64,000 nucleotides of DNA from Malacoraja senta (GCA_038087875.1 CM075996.1:5706001-5770000); one strand, 5' to 3'; positions 38,040-52,971 are shown, counted from the first letter of the stretch. The notes: generated by a model from the sequence alone, not told the origin. A program made the numbers and translations.

Positions 38040-39047
38040 GTAAGGCAGGAAAGGCTTTTGAGGCGAGTTATGTTAAGAAAGTGTCCATGTATTTTGTTCA
38101 AATGGAAATTTGAAACAAATTTGTTCAGTAGAAAATAAGACTAACTAATCTGATTAATGTTTAGTGATGAACATGGAATAATACATTTACGTGTAAAAGA
38201 CAATAAATTGCCAGTTAATTCTTTTGAAAACATTGATCCACATTTCTTTACATACACACATTTGAATTTAACCTTCATAACTAATGAGTCTATTCAGACT
38301 GGTTGGAAAAGTCTTTCTGGTCTTTTTAATTTGTACATTAAAGCAGAAGAAAATTCAATGATAAAACAAATTGTATCGCCAAATAAATTTTATTCTGCTG
38401 GGCATGCTATTTTATTTTGACATCCAGTCCTTTCTCAGTGTTCCCTAATTCTAGCTTTACCGATTGGCATAGAAGATAATTCTTGGAACATATTTGAGTT
38501 CCTCTTTATTTATTGAATCTATTATAAATTTGGGCCTAAAAATTCTTTGGCCCCATGCCCCCAAATACACTGATTGCACAAATTAAAACATATTTAGATG
38601 ACATTAACCAATTTTGCACATATTTTCAAGTGAGTTCGCATCATTCTCAGACCATGTATAAATTGTAGGATGAAATTCAAAAATATGCAACTGAGTTGCA
38701 AACAAAGTAGAAGGAAAGGGGGAGAATTTTATCACCTTTGCCTCTAACTTCCACCCTGCCCTCAAATTCACATGGACTGCTACTGACACATCACACTGCC
38801 TCGGAAAGCAGCAAACATAATCAAGGAGCACTCACACCCTGGTCATTCTCTCTTTTCTCCTCTCCACAGTCAAGACTGCACTGTTTGCAAACAACATTTC
38901 ATTTATTTTTATACTTAGCAGTCCCTGGACTATGATGGCACAGCGGTAAAATAAAATAATTGGGTGTTGCAATTAAAGAAAGAAGCCATGGTACAACATT
39001 CATTTGGAATGAAAGTACAAGTGATAGATTATCTTTTATTGATATAG

Positions 39048-39135
39048 GAAGAAATTTGGTGCAACTGCTCCACCATTTATTGATTACCTGAAAGAGATAC
39101 TGCGTCGATACCCCGATGGAGGCCAGATTCTTAAG
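39048..39135 (+). CDS. SACS-like: Sacsin-like gene, exon 3 ([29 protein letters not shown])
   Basis: AG/GT boundaries; translation matches the start of sacsin repeat 1 (FG..PP..D.L..ILRRYP.GGQILKE). Confidence 0.92.
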
Positions 39136-39355
39136 GTAAATGTTCTTTATATTTTATTCTGTCCAGTAATATACAATTACCACTCCTATCATTTTTCATA
39201 TGTGACTGTGACCTTAACATATGTTGATCTAGTCTCAATGTCATTATTGTGATCCAACATAGTAAATTATAAATTCATTGGAGACAATGGAATTGAGCAC
39301 TGAAGGAATGGGACATCCATGTACTTAATATTGTTCTCTTTGATTTATTTCTCAG

Positions 39356-39467
39356 GAATTACTTCAAAATGCGGATGATGCAGAAGCCAATGAGGTGGTG
39401 TTTATATTTGACGAAAGAACTTATGGGTCAACATCTTTGTTTATGAAAGATCTTAAGAAGTTTCAAG
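39356..39467 (+). CDS. SACS-like: Sacsin-like gene, exon 4 (ELLQNADDAEANEVVFIFDERTYGSTSLF...)
   Basis: ttctcag acceptor and G|GTATGT donor; GHKL motif I (ELxQNAxDA). Confidence 0.93.
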
Positions 39468-39719
39468 GTATGTGAATTCCATATGTTAAACTAATGAAAA
39501 GCAAGAAAAATTCTCAAGCAAATTTTGATTTGATTTTCAGGGCAACTTATATAAGTTCAAACAAAATGGTAATTAAAAGGTACAGCCCTACAAAGGTACA
39601 TGTAGGGTAGCATTCAAATTTTGTCAACATAAAACAAGTTGGTAGATTTCTGATACATCTAATTACACTTCTCCTTTTTTTCTGCTTTCCTTGATTTTGG
39701 AAAACCATCTTAATCAATG

Positions 39720-40210
39720 AAAATCTCGCATCTCTTCCTCTTAACCGAACAACTCTCACCAACTTCTACAGAGGTGCCATTGAAAGCATGTCATTGAGGT
39801 TTGGAAACAGCTCCATCCAAGACTGCAAGAAATTGCAGGGAATTGCAGACAAACAATTGCACGCAAACAAACCTTCCTTCCATCAACTCCATCTGCACTT
39901 CACACCTTCACACTGCCGCGACAAGGCCACCAGCTTAATCAAAGAGGTGTCTCACCCCAGTCACTCTCCCTTCTTCCCTCTCCCATTAAACAGAAGTGTG
40001 AAAATATATACCTCCAGATTCAGGTACAGTTTCTTCCCAGCTGTTATCAGGCAACTGAACTGTCTCTCATCAACTAGAGTGCCGTCCTGATCTCCCATCT
40101 ACTTACTGGAGACTTCTGAACTATCTTTAATGAGACTTTAAATTGCACTAAATGTTGTTCCCTTTATCTATACACTGAGGACGGCTTGATTGTATTCATA
40201 TATAGTCTTA
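39720..40210 (+). mobile_element. Rex1-like LINE 3' fragment
   Basis: FYRGAIES...SHPSH..F.PLP...RFRYSFFPAVIRQLN remnant. Confidence 0.7.
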
Positions 40211-41502
40211 TAGTTCAGAGAGATCAAGTAGAGCCTAGTAAAAATTTCAATGACGAAGAGACCACATTAAATTGTTGCTGGTTGAAGGGTGCATTAATTT
40301 AAACAGTTAACTGTTGTACAATCCCAGAGGTAATAATTCACTTAGCAGTTCCCAGCTGTTATCAGGCAACTGAACCATCCTATCACCATATACCTCATTG
40401 GAGACCCACAGACTCATTTTAATCGGACTTTACTGGTCTTTATCTTGCACTAAACATTATTCCCTTTTTCCTATATATGTACACTAGGAATCTTTTGTTG
40501 CAATCATGTATAGTTTTGGTACACGTGACAATAATAAACTAAACTAGATAGGTGGAGGGCCAGGTAGTATTGATGAAGCAGGAAGGCTGCAGGAGGATTT
40601 GAACAGGTTGTGATTCCAAAAAGGTTAATTTGCAGGTTGAGTCGGTGGTAAGGAAGGGAAATGTAATGCTAGCATTCATTTCGTGTGAACAAGAAAATAA
40701 AAGCAAAGATGTCATGCTAAGGATCAGTATCCCAATTGAGCTACCAGTCTTTGAATAACAAAACAGAAAATGTTGGAAAGGGAGACAGTCAATGGCTCAG
40801 GCAAAAGAAGAGAAAATAAGTTAGGGTTGGGTGGCAGAGAACGTGATCTTAGGATTGTTATGGCAAAGGGAAAGTCTGCGATAGGCTGAGGCAAGAGAAT
40901 AAGTTGTGGAGGTTATCCATAGAAGAGTTAATGAGCATTTCCAGCATTTTCTGTTCTTGTTTCAAATTTCCAATTTTTGCTGTTATTTGATTTTTACCAG
41001 TCATTGGATGTTTGCAAGGAAGAATTTATTGAGCTAGGTGTGCATGTGGTCATTACATTTGTTATCTAGATCAATTCTTGGGAACCACTCTCATTTTATT
41101 CTTGTATTTAGTTATATCTGTGTGGTACAGCTAAATGGCTTACTCAGCTATTTTAGTTCAAAGTCTGTCATTGTTTTGAGGGTATGGAGCCACTCAGACT
41201 AGATAAGGGCAGCAGGATTTCTGTCCCTGAAGGACAATAGTGAATCAGGCAGATATTTATTCTGGGAATATTCTTAGTTTCATAGTCAGTTTCATGATGT
41301 CATCTGATTTCAAATTATTTAATCATTTGATTAAATTCTATAATTGCTATGATCAAGGAGCTTGAGCCCAAATCTTTAATTCAGGCTTTCTTGATCATTA
41401 GTGCAATGATTTAACCATCCTAGTAAGTATGTTGAATTGCCGAAGCACTTGTATTAGCTAGGGTCACATTTGCCTCCTTTACATTTTGTTTTCCTCTATT
41501 AG

Positions 41503-41649
41503 GTCCAGCTCTAATAGTGTACAATGATTCAGTGTTCTCAGAAGAGGATTGGCATAGCATTCAGACTACAGGAGTCAGTAATAAACGTAATGATCCCAGC
41601 AAAGTTGGCCAATTTGGCCTTGGATTCAATACTATTTATCACATCACAG
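41503..41649 (+). CDS. SACS-like: Sacsin-like gene, exon 5 ([17 protein letters not shown]...[16 protein letters not shown])
   Basis: Polypyrimidine tract plus AG, G|GTGAAA donor; GHKL G-box (GxFGLGF). Confidence 0.93.
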
Positions 41650-41740
41650 GTGAAACATTATTTTGAACTATAACAAATAGTATAAAGTCATGATAAACTA
41701 GCTAAGTTTCATTTAGAATCTTTTCTTTATAAAAGGTAAC

Positions 41741-44017
41741 TATATGGTTGAGTTCTTCATTAGGATGGAGAGTGACATGGTTAATTCAGAAACAATGGTT
41801 CTGAACTTAAAGAAAGGTAACTTTGAGGGTATGAGACGTGAATTGGCCAAGATTGACGGCGATTAATTCTTAAAGGGTTGACGGTGGATATGCAATGGAA
41901 GGCATTTAAAGACTGCATGGATGAACTACAAAAATTGTTCATCCCAGTTTGGCAAAAGAATAAATCATGGAAGGTAGTGCATCCGTGGATAACAAGGGAA
42001 ATCAGGGATAGCATCAAAGCAAAAGATGAAGCGTACAAATTAGCCAGAAAAAGCAGCCGACCAGAGGAATGGGAGAAATTCAGAGACCAGCAGAGGAGGA
42101 CAAAGGGCTTAATTAGGAAAGGGAAAATAGATTATGAAAGAAAACTGGCAGGGAATATAAAAACTGACTGCAAACGTTTTTATAGATATGTGAAGAGAAA
42201 GAGATTAGTTAAAACAAATGTAGGTCCCTTGCAGTTAGAAACAGGTGAATTGATCATGGGGAACAAGGACATGGCAGACCGATTGAATAAGTACTTTGGT
42301 TCCGTCTTCACTAAGGAAGACATAAATAATCTGCCGGAAATAGCAGGGGACCGCGGGTCAAAGGAGATGGAGGAACTGAATGAAATCCAGGTGAGCTGGG
42401 AAGTGGTGTTAGGTAAATTGAATGGATTAAAGGCCGATAAATCCCCAGGGCCAGATAGGCTGCATCCCAGAGTACTTAAGGAAGTAGCTTCAGAAATAGT
42501 GGATGCATTAGTGATAATTTTTCAAAACTCTTTAGATTCTGGAGTAGTTCCTGAGGATTGGAGGGTAGCTAATGTAACCCCACTTTTTAAAAAGGGAGGG
42601 AGAGAGAAAACGGGGAATTACAGACCTGTTTGTCTAACATCGGCAGTGGGGAAACTGCTAGAGTCAGTTATTAAAGATGGGATAGCAGCACATTTGAAAA
42701 GTGGTGAAATCATTGGACAAAGTCAGCATGGATTTACGAAAGGTAAATCATGACTGACGAATCTTATAGAATTTTTCGAGGATGTAACTAGTAGAGTGGA
42801 TAGGGGAGAACCAGTGGATGTGTTATATCTGGACTTTCAGAAGGCTTTCGACAAGGTCCCACATAAGAGATTAGTATACAAACTTAAAGCACACGGTATT
42901 GGGGGTTCAGTATTGATGTGGATAGAGAACTGGTTTGCAAACAGGAAGCAAAGAGTAGGAGTAAACGGGTCCTTTTCAGAATGGCAGGCAGTGACTAGTG
43001 GGGTACCGCAAGGCTCAGTGCTGGGACCCCAGCTATTTACAATATATATTAATGATTTGGACGAGGGAATTGAATGCAACATCTCCAAGTTTGCGGATGA
43101 CACTAAGCTGGGGGGCAGTGTTAGCTGTGAGGAGGATGCCAGGAGGCTGCAAGGTGACTTGGATAGGCTGGGTGAGTGGGCAAATGCATGGCAGATGCAG
43201 TATAATGTGGATAAATGTGAGGTTATCCACTTTGGTGGCAAAAACAGGAAAGCAGACTATTATCTAAATGGTGGCCGATTAGGAAAAGGGGAGATGCAAC
43301 GAGACCTGGGTGTCATGGTACACCAGTCATTGAAAGTAGGCATGCAGGTGCAGCAGGCAGTGAAGAAAGTGAATGGTATGTTAGCATTCATAGCAAAAGG
43401 ATTTGAGTATAGGAGCAGGGAGGTTCTACTGCAGTTGTACAGGGTCTTGGTGAGACCACACCTGAGTATTGCGTACAGTTTTGGTCTCCAAATCTGAGGA
43501 AAGACATTATTGCCATAGAGGGAGTGCAGAGAAGGTTCAGCAGACTGATTCCTGGGATGTCAGGACTTTCATATGAAGAAAGACTGGATAGACTCGGCTT
43601 GTACTCGCTAGAATTTAGGAGATTGAGGGGGGTTCTTATAGAAACTTACAAAATTCTCAAGGGGTTGGACAGGTTAGATGCAGGAAGATTGTTCCCGATG
43701 TTGCGGAAGTCCAGGACAAGGGGTCACAGCTTAAGGATAGAGGGGAAATCCTTTAGGACCGAGATGAGAACAACTTTTTTCACACAGAGAGTGGTGAATC
43801 TTTGGAACTCTCTGCCACAGAAGGTAGTTGAGGCCAGTTCATTGGCTATATTTAAGAGGGAGTTAGATGTGGCCCTTGTGGCTAAAGGGATCAGGGGGTA
43901 TGGAGAGAAGGCAGGTACGGGATACTGAGTTGGATGATCAGCCATGATCATGTTGAATGGCGGTGCAGGCTCGAAGGGCCGAATGGCCTACTCCTGCACC
44001 TATTTTCTATGTTTCTA
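41741..44017 (+). mobile_element. CR1-clade LINE, 5'-truncated, in intron 5
   Basis: ORF2 RT (KSPGPD, NYRPVCLTS, DFQKAFDKV, GVPQGSVLGP, FADD), broken by a stop at 42751 and a frameshift near 43465; CR1 3' tail ending TTTCTATGTTTCTA. Confidence 0.95.
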
Positions 44018-44261
44018 TTCCAGTATATTATCGTGCAGTATCACTGAGTACAATCTCACAAAAACTATATTTACATTTGCTGAAGAGGAAAACTGTTTTG
44101 TTATTTGCTTGTATATTGATCGGGAATGTTTAAGGCCATTCATTTTAGTTGAATCTAAAATTTGGTTGCTGTATATTTTTGGGAATTGAAAGTTAAATTG
44201 ACAACCTAATTTAGACAAGAGAATTATGATCTCTTAAAATATTTATAATTTTCTTTTCCAG

Positions 44262-45732
44262 ATGTACCAAGTATATTCAGTGGTAAATATATTGGTATAC
44301 TTGACCCACAACAAAAGCTGTTTGGAGAACAGGAAGCAGGATATATATGGTCCCTTGATGACCATGACGACAAAAAGGTTCTTGAACACTCCAAAGATCA
44401 GTTCAGACCATTCAAATATGCCATGGAAGTTATTGGGACAACAACATGGACTAATGCATTGAAAGAGAATTATTTCAAAGGAACATTGTTTCGGTTTCCA
44501 TTGAGAACTGAACCTTCAGAAATATTAGCTGGCTTGTATGATAGAGATAAAATTTTTGATCTCTTTGACTCCTTCAGAGCAGATGAAGATATGAATCTTT
44601 TGTTTCTAAGAAATGTTTCATCTGTCTCAATTAAGCATATTGACAACAGTGGAAATGTGAAGGACCTTTCAAAAATAGCAGCTTTGCAGCCTGAACACAT
44701 GCCCTGTTTTAATCGGAACGTCAGTGTTCAAAGCCAAGAACTAGTCTCTAAGGTCAAAACTTCTACCAGTATCAGAGCTATTTCTCAATTCTTTGTAAAA
44801 GAAAAGAATCACAATCACTGGTTAATAACAAATTGCACAGGCATTAGAGGTGAATTGGGTAAATTAGATGAGCTGGCTGAGAAGCTGAGTTATACACCAT
44901 GTGTTGGATTGGCCTTTCCTTTGAACAAACTAGAATCTACAGAAACTAGCACAAGAACAGATTTTGAAGGGCGTCTTAATTTCTTTCTACCACTTCCAAA
45001 TAATGAGGCCAACAAGACAGGATTGCCAGTCCATATAAATGCCTTCTTTGGACTTTCAGACAACCGGAGACATATAAAGTGGATCGAATCAGACCAAAGA
45101 TATGATGAAGCAGCACAATGGAACGAGCTCCTGATAGACAAGATCCTTCCCTTTGCCTATTGCCAACTTATCTTGGATGCCATTACTCTGACTAAAACCT
45201 CAGTGTTAAAACCTTTATCAGTGTATCATATATGGCCAAACCTTGAGAAAATGAATCATAAAGACCGTTGGATTAAGATATCTAAAGAAACCATAAAATC
45301 TTTGATGAAACTTGATACACTGTGCTTGGCTGCCAATGAAGAAAACTGGATATCTGCTGCCAAAGGCATCTTTTTACAGTGCTATGATCAGCTTGACATG
45401 AAGCAGGCAATTGAAAATGTTTTGATAAAAGAGGCTCAACCTTTGGTTAGAATCCCAGTTCATATATTCAAGGCCTTGAAATTTGCCTTGGAAAATCATA
45501 GTGAATTAAATGTTATCACTCCAACATCCCTACGAAACATTCTTCAGCATTGTGATTTGGACACTTTCCCATATGAACAAAAATTACTACTTCTAGAATA
45601 TGTTTTAAGTGATGAGCAATACAGTTCCCTCAACAACCTTCCACTACTGCCACTCACCAAGGGATCCTTTGTAAGATTTCAGATCAGTTCCTGTGAAGAA
45701 CTCGTGTTTACTGACTCAGCAAAATTTCCAAG
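44262..45732 (+). CDS. SACS-like: Sacsin-like gene, exon 6 (DVPSIFSG...GTLFRFPLR...TGLPVHINAFF...KFPR)
   Basis: ttttccag acceptor, AG|GTAAGC donor; contains ORF 44423-45736 with sacsin motifs GTLFRFPLR, FLPLP and TGLPVHIN. Confidence 0.93.
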
Positions 45733-48359
45733 GTAAGCCTTTTTTTCCCCATTTCTTTCTCCCATTTTCTGACAACCTAGTCCATATCAGTCCATACAAT
45801 CAATGCTAGTTTACCAAACCATCCCCTTCTTTGACTAATTTTCCACCGCAACCTATTTTCCCCCCCAGATTCTACCACTTACCTACATACTAAGCAATTT
45901 GTAGTGACAGATTAAACTAACCAACTCTCACATTTTTAGAAGGAGGAAGGAAACTGGAGTTTCCAGATGAAACACACATGTCATGGGGAGCACATGCAAA
46001 CTCCACAAAGAGTACTGGAGTAGTGTAGATGGTTTAAGAATAAGAATAAAAATAGCTGCATTCAGGATTGGTTGTGTAATTTATAATATATAATTTAGCT
46101 CAATATCCTGTTGGAAACGTGTTAATATAGTAAAGAAACCTACAGTGCAGTACTGACAACATTGTTATTTTCCTGAGCAATTTTGCCATGCAATTAAGGA
46201 AGTTTCCTTATTTATGTTGTTCACTAGACTTATCTAGGGTAATGGAGTAGTTTGAATGGGTAACAATAAATGAAGTAGCAACCAGCGTCACCTTAGTTAT
46301 ATCATGTCTTACACTAGAAAGGAAATATATACCGTATAAATTTCAAAAGAAGACAGCGTTCAGCTAAGCTCTGCTTTTACCAACAAACATATTCTTTATG
46401 AACAATGAGGCCTTGGGTAAACTAGGAGAAGGCTTTAAGTTATAGAACTTTTAGAGATGAGGACATATATTTTTAATATCAGTGTTTAAAATTATTTCTG
46501 AGTCCTAAATATTACTGTTTTCTGAGCTTTATTCAAACCTTAGGAACTCTCTGCATTTTTCCTCATGGACAATACCAATTGGTTAGGGGAAAACAGGGTC
46601 AGAAGTAAGAAAAATCTGGGCTGCGAGTGAAACCTTGAAGATGAACCATCATAGTTGTGTTAAATGAACACAGCATTCTGTTGTAATACAATTATATTAA
46701 ATACAAGATTGTGAAGGATCTTGAAAGGATGGATACGGAGAGGATCTTTCCTCTTGTGGAAGAATTTATCACTAGGGACCATTGTTAAAAACATAAATGG
46801 TGGATATTTAAGGCAGACAGAGTGATGTTTTTCCTCAGCTGTCAGTCTTTGCAACTATCTTCAGGTCCCAACTCAAAACTTCATCGGTCCATTAGCTCCA
46901 CAGATGCTGCCTGACCCGCTGAGTTCCTCCAGCACTGTGTTTTGCTCAAGATTCTAGCTTTGGCAGTTTTTTGTGTCTCCTTTGCAATTATTTTCCTTAA
47001 TGGAGAACTAAAGCAGAGTTGTTTAATACTTCATATAGATAGATAAGGGTGAAATTTTACCAGAACACGAACAGGAAAGTGGAATTGAAATTACAGCCAC
47101 ATCAGCTATGATCTAAATGAATGGTGGAGCAAACTCGGGGGATTAAGTAGCCTATTCCTGCAACTAATCCATGTGTTCTTATGTAAAAAGCAAAGTGCTG
47201 TAGGTTCATTGGGAAAATAATTAGGTTTATGGAACAATTTAACAATGGATTCAACTACATATAATGCAAGAATATTTTTAGCTAGGTTCTCTCCTTTGAA
47301 GTCTTTTTCTCATTACATTTGGTACTGTTTCATTAATAATAAGGTAATTTTCATTTCTATAACATTTTTCATGGTCTCAGATAACAAACAGATTTAAAAT
47401 GCCATTAGATAGTAACTACTGAAGTAATATTGGGAATACAGAGCCAGTTAAGAACTTTCCGTACTCAAGTAGAATCAAGAACTGTGATGTAGATACAAGA
47501 TACATTTATTTATCACATGTACCAATTGGTACAGTGAAATGTGTGATGTAAGCAGGGAATTTGTATTTAGTAATGTTTCTACAGACTTTTGATGCAAGGT
47601 ATCCAATAATCTTGTTTGGTACTTTTGAACAATTACCTAATAAGCAATTGGCCATATTTTCAAAGCAAGATTTATTTCAACATTTATTTTTGCAAAGCAT
47701 AACATATATACATTCATGAAAGAATCACATATCAGATTCCATCAATGAGACTGCAATGAAACTTGTACAGAAGTGATGACCTAGAATTCTTCTTAATGTC
47801 CTTATACTGTCTACAGCTGTTGGATGTGCAGGAAGTCACTTTTAGTTTCAAGAACCTGTTGGGAATCGCATAAATTACAAAATCATAAAGACTTTATGCA
47901 AAAAATGTTGGAAACACTGAGCTGGTCAAGCAGCATCAACAGCGGATAGGCTGTACTGGTCGAGAAGTGAAAGCGAATTCAACAGTATATGATGATCAAA
48001 AGAACTGTAGATGCTGGAAATCTGAAATAAAAACAAAAAATGCTGGAAGCTCTCAGTCGGTCATGCACTATACTGCTGGATGTTTTCAGCATTTCTGTTT
48101 ATTATTCATTGGTGGAGGGCTAGAAAATGAAACATAAGTATTTAGCACTCCAAGGTAGCCCAATAAATAAAGAATTATGCACAATGTGGTAATGAAACAT
48201 AAGTCATATCGGAACCTCAAACACTTTACTTTTACAACCTGGTGTGGTCACATTTATTCCAATGTAAAGCTTACTACATTAAGCAGTACTTAAACAATTC
48301 CTATCTCCTCCTTTTGCTATAAAATGTATGAACTGATCTTTTTTTTTAAATGTTTGTAG

Positions 48360-48448
48360 GATTTTACTTCCGGGTTTTGAGGAGAGATTTCTACCTGAAG
48401 ATCTTAATGATACATTGTTGGACCATCTAAAGAAAATTGCTTACAGTC
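48360..48448 (+). CDS. SACS-like: Sacsin-like gene, exon 7 (ILLPGFEERFLPEDLNDTLLDHLKKIAYS)
   Basis: tgtag acceptor, C|GTAAGA donor; phases fit exons 6 and 8. Confidence 0.88.
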
Positions 48449-49797
48449 GTAAGATTTACTTCTTCTTGAGCTTTGATTACTAAAGTTGTGGACAAGAAAT
48501 CTGTGGCAGCATAAAGATACCCTTAGATGTTTGTATTTTGGGTGGAAAGCAAAAAGAGAACAAATCTGGGTTATTGGGGTAAGATTTGTCTTCAGTGATA
48601 AATGTGTGGCTGAGGAATTTGTGCAGGAGGGAGGGATCCAGGTTCTTGGACCGTTGGGATCACTTTAATGTAAGAAAATTGACAGTTAAGGTCAAATTAA
48701 CTCAGGGCATACATAGAACTGGCGTATTATGGCTATTACAAAACAGGGTTGAGGGATTCAACTGGCAGTTCAAGAATTCCAGGGTACAGATTCTAAAGGC
48801 ATGATAGAGGTGGAGGTAAGAGAGAAGGAGTTGTTGCATGTTTGATTTGAGAGAACGTCACAGCAGTACTGTCACACAGAGGATATTCTTGGGGAATTAT
48901 GAAATGAGGCTAAAAAGATGGAACTCAGAAATAAATAAGAAGGGGGTGATTTCATGGGATTATACTTTATGCTGCACAACTGTCAGCTGAAATTGGAGGA
49001 GCAAATATGTAAAGACAAAGCAGATAGCTATAAGAATAATAGTCAAGAGTGTTTTATTGTCATATGTCCCAGATAAAATAATGAAATTCTTACTTGCTGC
49101 AGAATATGTAAACATAGTATGATATGATAAACGAGAGAGAAAAGAAAAGTTCAGTGTGTGTATATATACACATACTCACAATATATATGCACATACACAC
49201 ATACTCAAAAAACAAACAAAATAGTGCAATAATAATAATAATAGTCTATTGTAGTTCAGAGCTTATATGAGGTTGTAGTGTTTAATAGTAAGATTAAACG
49301 AGAACTTACCTAAGTTTGAAGTTTGATCTTTATTTTATGAGGAGTTACGTAGGTGATTACGTGAAGAACCCCGCCAGTGCGCCTGCGCGTCAATCTTCAA
49401 AGCAGCGGTGTGAAATCACAAAAAACAACAACCGAAGTAATATAGTCTCATACTAAAACGAGTAAGACAAGAACTTCCATCTGACCTTTATGATAGAGGG
49501 TAGGGTCGTGGTGGGCACGTAATCACCTACGTAACTCCTCATAAAATAAAGATCAAACTTCAAACTTAGGTAAGTTCTCGTTTAATCTTACTATTTTACT
49601 TCGGAGTCACGTGAGTGACTACGTGAAGATTTTAAAGCTTTGTGATTTCATGCCGTGGATCAATCCCGGCTTCTCACTGCATAGATTGACTCGGAACGAG
49701 AATAATCAATCATGCATTCATAATAACATTTGTACCACAAATGCAGTAATTCATTTCAATAATGAAATGAATCAGATCCCCTTTAAACCAGAGGAAT

Positions 49798-50740
49798 TTA
49801 CACAGAACTTAAAATAGTTTCTGCAAACAACCCCGCATTAACAATAGGCCGATGGTAAAATTGTTGAAACATCAACTCATTGGACCACCCGGCGGCTGCG
49901 AGGATATGGTCGACGGGGCCGTCTTTTGCCCTGGCCGCTGACATTTCTGCTGCCCTAGTCGAGTGAGACGTAAAAACATAAGTGTTAATACCAGCAGCTG
50001 TTAAGACTTCTTTTATCCATCTGGAAATAGTCTGTATTGAAACTCTCTTGTGTGGTTTCTTGTGTGTGATCAAAAACCCAGTTTCCGTATTCTCAAATTC
50101 TTTGTGACCTCAATGTATTGTAATAAATATGTCTTAATACAGAGACATGGATCATTTGGATATGCTGCCAGCATAATTTTAAATCCTGTCACACCTGGCC
50201 TAATTTGCTTTAGTAGGTCATAGATATAGAATGTAACCTTGTCTTCAGTTACTTCCATACTGTCTATTTGTAATTTTCCAAGTGTTTGCACTCGTTGTGC
50301 TGTCACTCATGCCATAAACATGAATACTTTCATACTGAGCTTGACCAAAGGTAAAGACACACTTGATGACCATCACGAAGTAGTTTCAGTACCACACTTA
50401 CATCCCAGATTGTCACGTACCTAGGTTTCGGTGGTTTGGAATTAAAGATTCCTTTCATTAGTCTGGAAACAATTGGGTGTGACCCAATTGAGTTTCTTTC
50501 TGAATCCAGAACCAAATATGAGGACAATGTACTTCTGGCTGAATTAATTGCACTACAACTCAGACCTTCATCATAATAAAGTTTTGACAGAAATTCTAAA
50601 CATTTGAAATATCTGCAGTACTTTATTGCACATTCTTTTTTACCCAGAACTCTTCCCATTTCTTAATATAAGAAAGGTACTGTTTTTGAGTGCTCTTCCT
50701 CCAGGCTGCCGTAAGCATGTCCACAGTATGCTCAGACAGT
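49798..50740 (-). pseudogene. DIRS tyrosine recombinase (fragmented)
   Basis: SAINSARSTLS...HPIVSRLMKG (N-terminal part), AQRVQTL, HSTR, AGWS...FYHRPI across three frames. Confidence 0.88.
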
Positions 50741-50776
50741 CCTCGTCCCAGAAAAGGCATTCTTAAAACCTGCAAA

Positions 50777-51157
50777 TCAACAAATCCAAACGATCATATA
50801 ATGGATGTTGTTCCCCTGTACAGGGTGCAGCAATAAATTACTCTTTTTTGGGACTTTCATCAACATTTGTGTTGTTAATTCTAATATCAACGGATACCAT
50901 GGCTGTGTAGGCCAATCTGGTACTACCAATACCCTTGAAGCAGCATCTTGCCTGATTTTAAGCAAACATTGGCTTATGAGGCAGAAAGGTGGAAATATAT
51001 ATGAAAACATACCACCCCAATGTAGCGAGAAAGCATCAATCGCCACTGCTCCTGGATCTGGTTTCCATGAGACATATCTCGATAGCTGATGATTCAAGTC
51101 GATGTCGGTCATTCCAAATCTGATGACTATATCATTGATTACCTCTTGATTCAACAA
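50777..51157 (-). pseudogene. DIRS methyltransferase-like (MT) domain remnant
   Basis: DAFSLHW...YIFPPF...LVVPDWPTQPWYP, the pattern typical of the DIRS1 MT domain after RNase H. Confidence 0.8.
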
Positions 51158-51479
51158 CCATTCTTTATTATCATGGAACTTTTCGTGACCTGGTGTCTGC
51201 TATCGTTCATTCTACCTGGTAGATAGATAGCTGAAATCCAAATGTTCTTTTCAATACACCAAGCCCAAAGTTGATTAACCATTTTGTCACAAGACACCGA
51301 CTTAATTCCATATCATTAATATAAACAACTACTGTTGTGTTATCAATTTGAACTTGAACATGCTTATTAGTTGTGTTAGAACAATAAGCTTGGAGCCCAT
51401 AGAAACATCCTAGAAGCTCCAAATAGTTAATTCCCCATGTCTGCAGTAACAATGACTCTTCCTGATTCCATCTGCCTCC

Positions 51480-52971
51480 TCAGCTAGATGTTAAGTCAGT
51501 TGCACCCCATCCTGGTGCACTGGCATCAGTTTGTAATATCATGGAAGGTTGTTCAATCAGCACTTTGCTGGAACTGCTTGAGACATGTAGAATCCACCAC
51601 TGCAGATCAGAAACAGCATTTGTTGTTAGTTGCATGGTTCTATCAAAATGACCAACATGCATTCTCGGTGCCTGCTCTTTAAGTCTCTGCAGCTGTTGAT
51701 AATGTAATGGTCCGAATTGGACTGCTGGGAATGCTGCTACTAATTTTCCCAGTACACGAGCCACCTGTCTAATTGAAGGTTTTTGCTCGTTTAGGAGATT
51801 ACTGCAATCTTTAATCAAATCCACCCTTTTCCCTGGGCAAAGTAATATTCATTTGGACTGAATCAATTGTGAACCCCAAATAATTAATAGAGGTACATGG
51901 TGTTAACCTAGATTTCTGTGGCTGAATTAGAAACCCCAAATTTTCAAAAGTTGATTTCACAACTGCAACAGATACTTCTGTTGACTGTTTTGTCTTTCCT
52001 ATAATCAAGACATCATCCAAATATGCCATTAGTACATGCCCCTGGCTACTCAGCAAGCCCAGAATTGGTTTTAACAATTTTGTGAATATTCTGGGTGCAG
52101 ATATTAACCCATTAGGCAGAGCTTTGAACTGCCACAACTGGTTCATCCATTTAAATTTAAGATACTTCCTATCTTCTGAATGAACAGACACTGAATAATA
52201 TGCATCTTTCAAGTCTATAGTTGCCATATAACATGCTTCTGAAATAAGCTGTTTGGCAGTCACAAATGTTTCCATTTTAAAATGTCTAAATTGCACAAAA
52301 GGATTCAGATTTATCAAATCTACAAGAATCCTACATCCTCCATCCTTTTTTGATCGAGGGAATATATTTGACACAAATTGGTGACTTTGGTAGACTGATT
52401 TTTCAATAACCCCTTTTTTATATAGGGTTTCAATTGCAACCTGAACCTCCATCACTTCTTTTTGTACAAAGTGCAGAGTTCGGCTAGGAACATGCTGAAC
52501 AGGCAAAGCATAATTTGGATTGAATTCAATTCGAAATCCTTGTATATTATTCAGGATTACCACATCTGAAGTAATTTTCTTCCAATTATTATAGAAGAAA
52601 TGTAACCTGCCTCCAACTTTTGGACTTAATCCAGTTAGTATGTTCCCATGAGAACCAGGTCCACCTACCTCTTGAGTCATTTGAGTACCCTGAGATTCCT
52701 GGGTTCTCCCAGAAGCACGCCCACTGGTTCTTGCTCCCGCTGCAGGCCGCCAACTACGTCCCTGCGTTGATGAGCGACTTGGTCCAGGATCCGTATGACG
52801 TCTGAAAGGATACTTCCTCTTTACAGACTTCACAACCATTGATGTCTTCATCAATCCTGTTTTCGCTTCATCTTCCAACTCTTTAATACGTCTCCCGAGA
52901 TCTCTCCAAAGAGTAAGTTGGGTAATTTGTATATTACTTGGTTTGCAGAGTGCTGCGAATTTCGGATTCAT
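51480..52971 (-). pseudogene. DIRS reverse transcriptase / RNase H (frameshifted)
   Basis: HFKME, DLKDAYY, QFKALPNGL..APRIFTK, YLDD, YLGFTIDS, and TDAS..GWGA in the next frame. Confidence 0.92.

Noticed and set aside
49798..51157. Phage-like integrase plus adenine methyltransferase as a bacterial or prophage island
   Set aside because: Both domains are normal parts of DIRS1-group retrotransposons and lie with RT/RNase H between DIRS termini.
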